Assembly (NCBI GenBank): GCA_019348255.1
Contig: JAHWJU010000004.1
Location: forward strand, 1-56,455
Reading direction: 5' to 3'
Source of the DNA: Actinomycetota bacterium
Lineage (GTDB): Bacteria > Actinomycetota > Acidimicrobiia > Acidimicrobiales > CADCTF01
DNA: 56,455 nt
The notes beneath the pieces were generated by a model. The model was given only the letters and a program-made list of their open reading frames with translations, ran no database searches and was not told the DNA's origin. Of the stretch, positions 22,162 to 30,179 are shown piece by piece. Position 1 is the stretch's first letter. The number at the start of each line of letters is the position of its first letter. The position numbers and the translations under genes were made by a program.

Positions 22162-23808
22162 ATGGCTGTCGAAGCCCGGCGCCGGTGGGCTGCGCTCGCG
22201 GCCGGGCTCCTGGCCATGGCCGCCACCCCCGCCGTGGGAGCGTCGCCGCCCCCCGACGACCCCCTCTTCCCCGAGCAGTGGAATTTGCCGCTGATCCAGG
22301 TTCCCGAGGCATGGCGGGTCTCCACCGGCGTGGGAGCGACGGTGGCGGTGCTCGACACAGGCGTCGCCTTCGAGGACTACGACGACGCCAGGTTCTCCTA
22401 CCGGAAGGCGCCGGGGTTCTCCGCTACCCGGTTCGCGCCCGGCTACGACTTCGTCGACGACGACGAGCACCCGAACGACAACGTCAACCCTGCCGCGCCC
22501 CACGAGCCGGCGCATGGAACGCACAAGGCGGCGGTCATCGCCGAGACGGTCAACGAGGGGAGAGGAGCGGCGGGCGTCGCCCCCGGAGCCACCATCATGC
22601 CGGTGCGGGTGCTGGACTGGGAGGGCGCCGGTGACGTGGCCGCCATCGCTTCGGGCATCCGCTTCGCCGCCGATCATGGGGCTCAGGTGGCGGTGATGAG
22701 CCTCACCGGGACCGATTCCGGCCCGGTGGGAGAGGCGGTGAGGTACGCCGCCGGCAAGGGGATGATCATGGTCGCCCCCAGCGGGAACGACGGAGCGGGG
22801 AACGTCTCCTTCCCCGCTTCGGATCCGGACGTGATCGGGGTCGGTGCCGTGACGGCCGATCGCAGGCGGGCCTATTACTCGAACTACGGCGACGAGCTCG
22901 ATCTGGTGGCTCCCGGCGGCGACCTGAGCGCCGACCACACCGGTGACGGCGAACCCGACGGCATCCGCCAGCAGAGCTTCGTCGGGACCCTCGACGGCTT
23001 CTGCCACTGCCAGGTGGAGGGGACGTCGGCGGCCGCTCCCCACGTCGCGGCCGTGGCCGCCCTCCTGGTGGGATCAGGGCTGGCCACCACGGCCGCCCAG
23101 GTGCGCCACGCGCTGGTGTCGTCGGCCCTCGACCTCGGGCCGCCGGGGCGGGATCCCGAGTTCGGGGCCGGACTGGTGCAGGCGTCGGGGGCCCTGGCGG
23201 CAGCGGCGGCCGTCGCCGCCGACCTGTCGGTGACGCTGGCGCAGCAGCCGGAAGCGGCGCCCGCCGGTACTCCCGTCGTCTCCATCGTCACCGTGTCCAA
23301 CGCAGGGCCGGCGGCCGCCACCGGGGTGGCGGCCACTGCCACGCTTTCGACCGGGGCGGTGGTCGGCGAGGTCGCTCCCAGCCAGGGGAGCTGTGAGATC
23401 TCCGGATCCACGGCGACCTGCCCCATGGGCAGCCTGGCCGCCGGCGCCACCGCGACCCTGACGATCGTGGCCACGCCGGGGACGGAGCGGGCGCTCATCC
23501 GCTCCGTCTCGGTGCGGGGGAACGAGGGCGACGGGCGACGCAACAACAACACCGTGCCTCCTGGCGCCTACGACCCCGCCGACCCGAAGATCGCGTCCGC
23601 GGGGCTGCAACCACCGGAGGGGCCGGAGAAAGCCCGTGGCTCGGACACAGGGCTTCCCGCTCTGGGAAAGCCGTCGGTGGTGCTGGGCGGTGTCGCCGCC
23701 GCCCTGGGCACAGCCCTGGTGTGGCGGCGCCGCGGTGGTCGCCGGCGGCGCGGGAATCCAGGAGCGCGCCGCAGGGGGCGTGCTACATATACTGAGCAAC
23801 CTCGTTAG
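22162..23808 (+). CDS. Secreted S8 (subtilisin-like) peptidase with DUF11-like Ig domain and C-terminal membrane anchor
   Basis: Strong RBS (GGAGGAGG), signal peptide, triad VLDTG / HGTH / GTSAAAPHV, ADLSVT..VSNAGPAAATGV domain, then LPALG + TM + poly-Arg. Confidence 0.9.
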   Translation: MAVEARRRWAALAAGLLAMAATPAVGASPPPDDPLFPEQWNLPLIQVPEAWRVSTGVGATVAVLDTGVAFEDYDDARFSYRKAPGFSATRFAPGYDFVDDDEHPNDNVNPAAPHEPAHGTHKAAVIAETVNEGRGAAGVAPGATIMPVRVLDWEGAGDVAAIASGIRFAADHGAQVAVMSLTGTDSGPVGEAVRYAAGKGMIMVAPSGNDGAGNVSFPASDPDVIGVGAVTADRRRAYYSNYGDELDLVAPGGDLSADHTGDGEPDGIRQQSFVGTLDGFCHCQVEGTSAAAPHVAAVAALLVGSGLATTAAQVRHALVSSALDLGPPGRDPEFGAGLVQASGALAAAAAVAADLSVTLAQQPEAAPAGTPVVSIVTVSNAGPAAATGVAATATLSTGAVVGEVAPSQGSCEISGSTATCPMGSLAAGATATLTIVATPGTERALIRSVSVRGNEGDGRRNNNTVPPGAYDPADPKIASAGLQPPEGPEKARGSDTGLPALGKPSVVLGGVAAALGTALVWRRRGGRRRRGNPGARRRGRATYTEQPR

Positions 23809-23817
23809 CCAAAGGAG
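23788..23817 (+). promoter_or_regulatory. -10 element and RBS of small ORF
   Basis: TATACT at 23788-23793 and AAAGGAG at 23811-23817, 5 nt before ATG 23823. Confidence 0.55.
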
Positions 23818-23822
23818 ACGCC

Positions 23823-23909
23823 ATGACCCTGCAGTTCGTCGTCATCGGCCTGATCGTCGTGCTCGTCGCCGTCGCTGCGATCGTAGGAACCAAGGACCTC
23901 CGCAAGTAG
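23823..23909 (+). CDS. 28-aa single-pass membrane peptide (not in ORF track)
   Basis: MTLQFVVIGLIVVLVAVAAIVGTKDLRK*; strong RBS, mostly G/C third codon positions, fills the gap between the S8 and whiB genes. Confidence 0.72.
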   Translation: MTLQFVVIGLIVVLVAVAAIVGTKDLRK

Positions 23910-23928
23910 CGGGCGCCCTTGGCCGAGG

Positions 23929-24258
23929 CTAGGAGGCGCGCCTGCCCGCGGATCGGGCTCGGCGTCGCTCCCGCGCCGAGGTGCCGGCCCAGACCCCGTA
24001 CTGCTCGCCGGCGCCGTAGGCCGCGCACTCCTCCCGCACGGCACACCGCTCGCACACGGCGGCTGCCGGCTTGACCGACTCCCCCTCCTCGGGGAACCAG
24101 CTGACCTCCGGGTGCTCGCGGCACAGGGCGTCGGCCATCCACGCCGGCCGGCCCAACAAGATGTCGAGCACCTCGCTGACGTCGCTGTGGTCGCCGCCGG
24201 GACCGAGGCCACCGGTCGTGCCATCGGGACGCAGGCTGTAGGGCGTCGTCCATTCCAC
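23929..24258 (-). CDS. whiB: WhiB family Fe-S transcriptional regulator
   Basis: WMADALC..WFP..AAAVCERCAVREEC..YGVWAG..ERR (four Cys plus GVWAG turn). Start GTG 24258 (TACGCT 6 nt upstream) or 24264. Confidence 0.92.
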   Translation of the reverse strand: MEWTTPYSLRPDGTTGGLGPGGDHSDVSEVLDILLGRPAWMADALCREHPEVSWFPEEGESVKPAAAVCERCAVREECAAYGAGEQYGVWAGTSARERRRARSAGRRAS

Positions 24259-24310
24259 GACCACAGCGTATTGGAGTCCCGACCGCTACAGGGATTTTCC
24301 GACCCAAACC

Positions 24311-24335
24311 GGCGGGAAAACTTGCATTTTCCGCC
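24311..24335. terminator. Hairpin downstream of tRNA-Leu (possible terminator)
   Basis: GGCGGGAAAA-cttgca-TTTTCCGCC imperfect inverted repeat about 12 nt past the tRNA 3' end. Confidence 0.45.
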
Positions 24336-24347
24336 AACCAGAGGCGG

Positions 24348-24421
24348 TGCCCCCGGTGGGACTCGGACCCACACTGAGCCGCTTTTAAGGCGGTTCCCTC
24401 TGCCGGTTGGGGTACGGGGGC
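24348..24421 (-). tRNA. tRNA-Leu(TAA), short variable-loop type
   Basis: Reverse complement GCCCCCGTACCCCAACCGGCAGAGGGAACCGCCTTAAAAGCGGCTCAGTGTGGGTCCGAGTCCCACCGGGGGCA folds as a cloverleaf; anticodon TAA at 24387-24385; 74 nt, CCA not encoded. Confidence 0.92.
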
Positions 24422-24518
24422 CGTGGCCAGGCTAGGCGCCGGGGCCCCGCCGAACCTGCACCGGATCTCCACATCGGCCCGGGGAATTCTGCAACGTAGC
24501 GTTCCTACACTCGCCCAC

Positions 24519-25226
24519 GTGGTCCAGCGCCGGCGCAGCATCCTCGTGATCGAGGACGAAGAACCCATCGCTGAGGCGGTGGCGGCCCGGTTGCGCAGCG
24601 AGGGCTTCGACGTGACGGTGGCGGCCGACGGCGCCGGCGGTCTGGCCCTGGCCGACCGGCTGCGGCCGGACCTGGTGGTGCTCGACCTCATGCTCCCGGG
24701 CATCGACGGGCTCGAGGTGTGCCGGCGCCTGCAGCGCGACCAGCCGGTGCCGGTGCTGATGCTCACGGCCCGCGACTCCGAGACGGACCTTCTCGTGGGG
24801 CTGGCGGTGGGGGCCGACGACTACCTGACCAAGCCGTTCAGCCCCCGCGAGCTGGTGGCGCGGATCCGAACGATCCTGCGCCGCGTCGACCGGGCCTCCG
24901 AGCAGACGCAACGACCGCTGCGACTGGGCGAGGTGGAGGCCGACCCGGCCACCCGACGTGTCTGTCGCGCCGGGCACACGGTCCATCTCACCCCCACCGA
25001 GTTCGACCTGCTCTACGTCCTGGGCAGCCGGCCGGGAACCGTGTTCACCCGGGAACGGCTGCTGGCCGAGGTGTGGGGCTACCGCGACGGCTCCGGGGCC
25101 CGAACCGTCGACTCCCACATCCGGGCGCTGCGCAACAAGTTGGGCGCCGGCCTCATCCGCACCGTGCACGGCGTCGGCTACGCGGCCGAGCGTCCCCCCG
25201 GCACACGCGACGAAGAGCCCGGCTGA
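24519..25226 (+). CDS. OmpR-family response regulator
   Basis: ILVIEDE, VLDLMLPG.DG, MLTAR, GADDYLTKPF, LTPTEFDLL, TVDSHI, IRTVHGVGY. TACACT 7 nt before GTG 24519. Confidence 0.95.
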   Translation: MVQRRRSILVIEDEEPIAEAVAARLRSEGFDVTVAADGAGGLALADRLRPDLVVLDLMLPGIDGLEVCRRLQRDQPVPVLMLTARDSETDLLVGLAVGADDYLTKPFSPRELVARIRTILRRVDRASEQTQRPLRLGEVEADPATRRVCRAGHTVHLTPTEFDLLYVLGSRPGTVFTRERLLAEVWGYRDGSGARTVDSHIRALRNKLGAGLIRTVHGVGYAAERPPGTRDEEPG

Positions 25227-26227
25227 TGCGGCCCCTGGACCGGATCTCGTCGATCAAGCTCAAGCTGGGACTGCTCATCGTCGGCGCCGTGGTCGTCACG
25301 CTGGCTGTCAACGAGGTAGGTCTGCGCTGGAACGTGAAGCCTGTGACCAGGGCCGGAGTGGCGGCCCTGATCGCCTTGGCCATGGTGCAGGTGCTGGCCC
25401 GGGGCATGACGTCGCCCCTGCGGGAGATGGCCGCTGCTGCCGGGGCCATGGCCAAGGGTGAGCACGGCCGGCGGGTGACCGCGAGCTCCAGGGACGAGGT
25501 GGGAGAGCTGGCCCGGGCCTTCAACGCCATGGCCGCGGAGCTCGAGGAGGTGGACCGCCTGCGCCGGGACCTCGTGGCCAACGTGAGCCACGAGCTGCGC
25601 ACGCCGATAAGCGCCCTGCAGGCCGTGCTCGAAAACGTCGTGGACGGCGTGGAACCCGCCGCGCCCGAGACCCTGTCCGCCATGCTCAAGCAGGTCGAGC
25701 GGCTCGGTCGCCTAGTCACCCAACTTCTCGACCTCTCCCGCCTGGAGTCCGGGTCGATCCCGTTGCAGATGGAGGACTTCGAGCTGCAGGGGGTGCTCGA
25801 GGATGCGGCCCAGGAATGCCGACTGCACGCACCCCACGTGCAGCTGGCCGTGTCTGTCGATCCCCCCGGTCTGGCCGCCCATGGCGATCCGGAGCGGGTG
25901 CACCAGGTGATCGCCAACCTCCTGGAGAACGCCGTGCGCCACTCACCCTCCGGCGGCGGCGTCCAGCTCTCGGCCCGGCGGGAGCGCGACCAGGTGGTGA
26001 TCGCAGTGGCCGACGAGGGACCGGGCATCGCCGAGGCGGACGCCGGCCGGGTCTTCGAGCGCTTCTACCGGGCCGACGCAGCCCGAGCCTCCAGTTCGGG
26101 GGGCGCCGGCCTAGGCCTGTCCATCGTGCGCTGGATCGTCGACCTGCACGGCGGCCAGGTCCGGCCCGAGCGGCGCGAGCCGCACGGATGCCGGATGGTC
26201 GTCGTGCTTCCGGGAGGAGCCCCATGA
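25226..26227 (+). CDS. HAMP-domain sensor histidine kinase (intramembrane-sensing type)
   Basis: Two TMs with a very short loop, HAMP (DEVGELARAFN), SHELRTP, NLLENA, DEGPGI, GAGLGL. Confidence 0.95.
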   Translation: MRPLDRISSIKLKLGLLIVGAVVVTLAVNEVGLRWNVKPVTRAGVAALIALAMVQVLARGMTSPLREMAAAAGAMAKGEHGRRVTASSRDEVGELARAFNAMAAELEEVDRLRRDLVANVSHELRTPISALQAVLENVVDGVEPAAPETLSAMLKQVERLGRLVTQLLDLSRLESGSIPLQMEDFELQGVLEDAAQECRLHAPHVQLAVSVDPPGLAAHGDPERVHQVIANLLENAVRHSPSGGGVQLSARRERDQVVIAVADEGPGIAEADAGRVFERFYRADAARASSSGGAGLGLSIVRWIVDLHGGQVRPERREPHGCRMVVVLPGGAP

Positions 26228-27714
26228 GCCTGACCGACGAGCGACAGCCCGGCCCGCAGCAGTGGACGGGCTGGGTCGACCTGGGTTGTCTGAGGCCACC
26301 CGACCGGCGCGTGGTGGCGGCGGTGGTGGCCGGCGCGGTCGGGACCGACCTGGCCCTGCGCAGCGACGTCACCGGCCTGGCCGGCGGCCTGCTGCCTGCG
26401 CTGGTGGCCGTCGGGCTGCTGGCTTCGGGCCGGGTGGTCAACGGCCGGGCCCGGCCGGTGCTCGCCCTGGCCCCGCTGTTCGGGCTCTGGCTGGCGGTCC
26501 GGGTGAGCCCGTGGCTCCTCCCGCTGGACGTGCTGGCCGCCGCTGCCCTCCTGGCGCTGGGGGCGTCCCTGGCCCGCCGGGGGGACCCCACCGACCTGTC
26601 GATCCCCGACCTGTGCGGCCGTGCCCTCCACACCCTGGCCCACGGCGTTCTGGCGCCGGGGTTCCTGCTGGGCGGGCTCTCTCAGCGGCGGAGCGCAGGG
26701 CCGAGCGCCACCGGCGCCGTCGTCAGGGGCTGCCTCCTCGCGGCGCCGCTGATCAGCCTGCTCGCGCTGCTGCTGGGGTCCGCCGATCCCGTCTTCGCAT
26801 CGTTCTTCCGGTTGCCCACGTCCGGCACCGACGTCTTCGCCCACCTGGTGTTCCTGGCCATGGGAGCTGTGGGAGTCGCCGGGCTGTTGCGCATGGCCTC
26901 GGCCCCGCCCTTCGAGCTGCCCGCCGGCGGGGGGCCACGTCCGCTGGGCGCGGTCGAAGCCACCACCGTGCTCGGCGCCCTCGTCGGGTTGTTCGGGGCC
27001 TTCACCGCCACGCAGGTGCTGGCCGTGGTCGGGGGCGCCGGCTATGTGGCCCGCACCGCCGGCCTCAGCTACGCCGACTACGCCCGCAGTGGCTTCTTCC
27101 AGTTGTTGGCGGTGGCCGCCATCACCCTTGGGGTGCTGGTGGTCCTGCGGGCGGCAACCAGTCTCGACAGCGCCAACCACCGCCGGCGGTTCCTGGTGCT
27201 GGGGGAGGTGGCGGTGGCGCTGACGCTGGTCATCGTGGCCGGCGCCGTCCGGCGACTGTGGCTGTACGAACAGGCCTATGGGCTCACCATGCTGCGGCTC
27301 TGCAGCACGTTGTTCGCGCTGTGGATCGGAGCCGTCTTCGTCCTCCTGGCTGCCTCACTGGGGGGAACCGGGGCCCGGCGGGCATGGCTGGCGCCGGCGG
27401 CGGGGAGCCTCGCCCTGGCCGGCCTCCTCATCACCAACGTGGTCAACCCCGAAGCCGTGGTCGTTCGCCGCAACGTCGAGCGCTTCGGGTCGTCGCCGGA
27501 GCTGGACGCCCGCTACCTGGTCGAGCTGTCCGACGACGCCGTGCCCGAGTTGGTGCGGTCGCTGCCCCGCCTGGACCCCGAATCGGCGGCGTTCGTTCGG
27601 GACGCCGTGTGCTCCGGCGAGCGGGAGCCAGGCGGCGGGTTGTGGGGGTACAACGCCAGCCGCCGCGCTGCGCTGGAGGCCCGACGGGCCGCCTGCCCCG
27701 GCCCGGAGGCGTGA
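26224..27714 (+). CDS. DUF4153/DUF4173 family membrane protein
   Basis: LLGSADPVF, SYADYARSGFFQL, RLWLYEQAYGLT.LRL, YL.ELSDDAVP; coupled to the two-component genes. Confidence 0.85.
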   Translation: MSLTDERQPGPQQWTGWVDLGCLRPPDRRVVAAVVAGAVGTDLALRSDVTGLAGGLLPALVAVGLLASGRVVNGRARPVLALAPLFGLWLAVRVSPWLLPLDVLAAAALLALGASLARRGDPTDLSIPDLCGRALHTLAHGVLAPGFLLGGLSQRRSAGPSATGAVVRGCLLAAPLISLLALLLGSADPVFASFFRLPTSGTDVFAHLVFLAMGAVGVAGLLRMASAPPFELPAGGGPRPLGAVEATTVLGALVGLFGAFTATQVLAVVGGAGYVARTAGLSYADYARSGFFQLLAVAAITLGVLVVLRAATSLDSANHRRRFLVLGEVAVALTLVIVAGAVRRLWLYEQAYGLTMLRLCSTLFALWIGAVFVLLAASLGGTGARRAWLAPAAGSLALAGLLITNVVNPEAVVVRRNVERFGSSPELDARYLVELSDDAVPELVRSLPRLDPESAAFVRDAVCSGEREPGGGLWGYNASRRAALEARRAACPGPEA

Positions 27715-27769
27715 GCCTCGACGCGCCCGGATCAGGGCACCGCCGCCGACGGCGGGAAAGACTGATGCC

Positions 27770-28756
27770 ATGGGTCTCGACCGGTACCAGTCGATGCGGG
27801 ACTTCGACAGGACCCAGGAGCCGTCCGGCACCACCGACCCCCATCTCTCCGACCACGAGCGCCAGGGCCGGCCCCGCTTCGTGGTCCAGGAGCACCACGC
27901 CACCTCGTTGCACTGGGACTTCCGCCTGGAGCGGGGGGGAGTGCTGGTGTCGTGGGCGGTGCCCCGCGGCATCCCCCCGGACCCGAGGGTCAACCACCTG
28001 GCCGTTCACACCGAAGACCATCCGCTCAGCTACTACGACTTCGAAGGTGAGATCCCCAAGGGTGAGTACGGGGGCGGAAAGGTCATCCTGTGGGACCAGG
28101 GCACCTACCGGGAGGAGAAGTTCTCGGACCGGGAGGTGATGGTCGTCCTCGACGGGCAGCGGGCCAGGGGCCGCTACGTGCTGTTCCACACCGACGCCAA
28201 GAACTGGATGATGCACCGCATGGACCCGCCGGAGGACCCTGCCCGCGAGCTCATGCCGTCGGACGCACGGCCCCTCGACCCCGTGACTGCGGCCCTCCCG
28301 AGCGACGCCGGCGGGTGGCGGTTCTCGGTTGCCTGGGGGGGCACCCGCGCCGCGGTGGCGGTGGACGGTGGCCGGTGCGTGGCCCGCACGTCCGCCGGCG
28401 AGGAAGTGACGAAGCGGTGGCCGGAGCTGGGTGCCTTCGGCCGGGCGGTGGGCGCCCTGCCGGTGGTCTTCGTGGGCGAGCTCGTGCGGCCCGGGCCCAA
28501 GGCGCCGGCCACCCTCTTCATCGAGGACATCACCTGGCTCGACGGCCATTCCACCGCGCCTCTGGCCTTTTCCGACCGTCGGGCGCTACTCGAGGGCCTC
28601 GAGCTGGAAGGCGACGCCTGGAAGACCGCCCCCCTCTACGACGACGGCGCCGTGCTCCTGGATGCCGCCCGGGCCCAGGGTCTCGCCGGCGTGCTGGCCT
28701 TCCGCACCGCAGCGCCCTTGGAGCCACCACGCCTGGTCCCGATCTCCTCCCGCTGA
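27770..28756 (+). CDS. ligD: LigD 3'-phosphoesterase domain fused to a degenerate, truncated ligase domain
   Basis: RDFDRTQEP, FVVQEHHATSLHWDFRLE..GVLVSWAVPRG, LAVHTEDHP..Y..FEG.IP.GEYGGG; downstream ligase-like region lacks KxDG. Confidence 0.82.
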   Translation: MGLDRYQSMRDFDRTQEPSGTTDPHLSDHERQGRPRFVVQEHHATSLHWDFRLERGGVLVSWAVPRGIPPDPRVNHLAVHTEDHPLSYYDFEGEIPKGEYGGGKVILWDQGTYREEKFSDREVMVVLDGQRARGRYVLFHTDAKNWMMHRMDPPEDPARELMPSDARPLDPVTAALPSDAGGWRFSVAWGGTRAAVAVDGGRCVARTSAGEEVTKRWPELGAFGRAVGALPVVFVGELVRPGPKAPATLFIEDITWLDGHSTAPLAFSDRRALLEGLELEGDAWKTAPLYDDGAVLLDAARAQGLAGVLAFRTAAPLEPPRLVPISSR

Positions 28757-28957
28757 AACAGCCGCGGTGACCGGCCGGACCAATGTCGCCTTCCCCCACC
28801 TCGAGCTGCGGCTGTCGGGACGCGGCGCCCACTGCCCTCCGCCGGGGTGGGACGGACCGCTTCGTCCTTAATGGGAACTTGCTGCTACGGCGCCTACTCC
28901 TAGCGCCTGTAGGTCGGTCACTATGGCCCTCCGGCCCGGCGGCCCGGGGAGGTCTCA

Positions 28958-30127
28958 ATGGCAACGGACGCAATCCACCTCGACGACGCCGCGCTGGTGC
29001 TGGCGGTGCAGCACGGCGACTCCGAGGCCTTCGCGGCACTGTTCGAACGCCACCACGACCACGTCCGGCGGGTGTGCGCCCGGCGGTTGAACAACCCGAT
29101 CGAGGCCGACGAGGTCGCCCAGGCCGCGTTCGTGCGGGCCTTCGAGCGGATCCACCAGTGTACCGGCGAGCGTCGGTTCGGGGCGTGGGTGCAGGTCATC
29201 GCCTCCCGGTTGTGCTCGGACACCTGGAGGGGGAGCCTGCGGACGATCTCGCTCGACGCAGCCCTGGCGGGGGAGCCGGCACCGGGGCCGGACGAGTGCG
29301 AGGAGGCGGTGCTGCGGGCCGAGCAGGCGGCGGCCGTGCGGCAGGCACTGGACACCCTTCCCCCGCGGCAGCGCCAGGTGATCGTCGCCCGCGACATCGA
29401 CGGGCGCCGCCCCGGCGAGATCGCCGGTGCGCTGGCCGTGTCGGTGGGGGCGGTCGACTCGCTGCTCCTGCGGGCGAGACGGCGGATGATGCTGGCGTAC
29501 CGGGCCAGCAGCCCCGAACAGGGGGCCGCGTCTGCTTCGGCCACCGCCGCTTCGGCCACCGCCGGCTCCGCCGCCGCCGGCCCGTTCGGCCGCGCCGTCG
29601 AGTCACTGACGGGGCTGTTCAACGCCGGGGTGGCCAACGTGGCCTCGGCGCTGGGGCTGGCACCGCCGGGCGGGGTCCCGCGGGTGGTGGGAGGCGTGGT
29701 GGCCGGAGCCCTGCTGTTGGCACCGCTGGCCGTGGTGGAGGACCGGCACCGGCCGGTGCCCGACGTGGTGGCGCCGGCAGCCGGCCTTCCCGGAGGTGGG
29801 GGAGGGCTGGACCTCGGGTCGGCGCTGCCCGTGCCGCCCCCTCCGGCCCTGCCGCCGTCCCCGCCCAGCGTCGGCCCCGACGGTGCAGCAGCCCCCGCCG
29901 GCGCCGGCCTTGCGGCCGCGGCTCCCGCGGGGCCGGAGGCAATGGTCGAGGGTGCCCCCCCGGCCGCAGCCCCTCGCTCGCCCCTGCCGCCCGTCGTGGC
30001 CGAGGTGCCGGCGGCGGTGGCCGAGGTTTCGGCGGTGGTGGCGGAGATCGAGGGGGCCGTCACCGCCGCCGTGCACGACGTCGGCTCGCGTCTGCCGCGA
30101 CCCTTGCGGCCACCCCGGATCCGCTGA
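28958..30127 (+). CDS. ECF-type sigma-70 factor with long hydrophobic and Pro/Ala-rich C-terminal extension
   Basis: DAALV..GDSEAFAALFERH, ADEVAQAAFVRAF, FGAWV..IASR (region 2); LDTLPPRQR..EIA..L.VS.GAVDSLLLRARRR (region 4); RBS GGAGG. Confidence 0.88.
   Translation: MATDAIHLDDAALVLAVQHGDSEAFAALFERHHDHVRRVCARRLNNPIEADEVAQAAFVRAFERIHQCTGERRFGAWVQVIASRLCSDTWRGSLRTISLDAALAGEPAPGPDECEEAVLRAEQAAAVRQALDTLPPRQRQVIVARDIDGRRPGEIAGALAVSVGAVDSLLLRARRRMMLAYRASSPEQGAASASATAASATAGSAAAGPFGRAVESLTGLFNAGVANVASALGLAPPGGVPRVVGGVVAGALLLAPLAVVEDRHRPVPDVVAPAAGLPGGGGGLDLGSALPVPPPPALPPSPPSVGPDGAAAPAGAGLAAAAPAGPEAMVEGAPPAAAPRSPLPPVVAEVPAAVAEVSAVVAEIEGAVTAAVHDVGSRLPRPLRPPRIR
29534..29563 (+). repeat. 15-bp perfect tandem duplication in sigma-factor linker
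   Basis: GCTTCGGCCACCGCC x2 (ASATA ASATA). Confidence 0.8.
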
Positions 30128-30179
30128 CGCCGACCGGGACACGGGCGCGAGAAAGAGGGCCCGGCGCCGTTGAGGGTGC

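Noticed and set aside
24274-24285. GAGTCCCGACCG resembling the tRNA 3' arm (possible att remnant)
   Set aside because: It is inverted relative to the tRNA, short and gapped. Att duplications are direct repeats, so chance is plausible.
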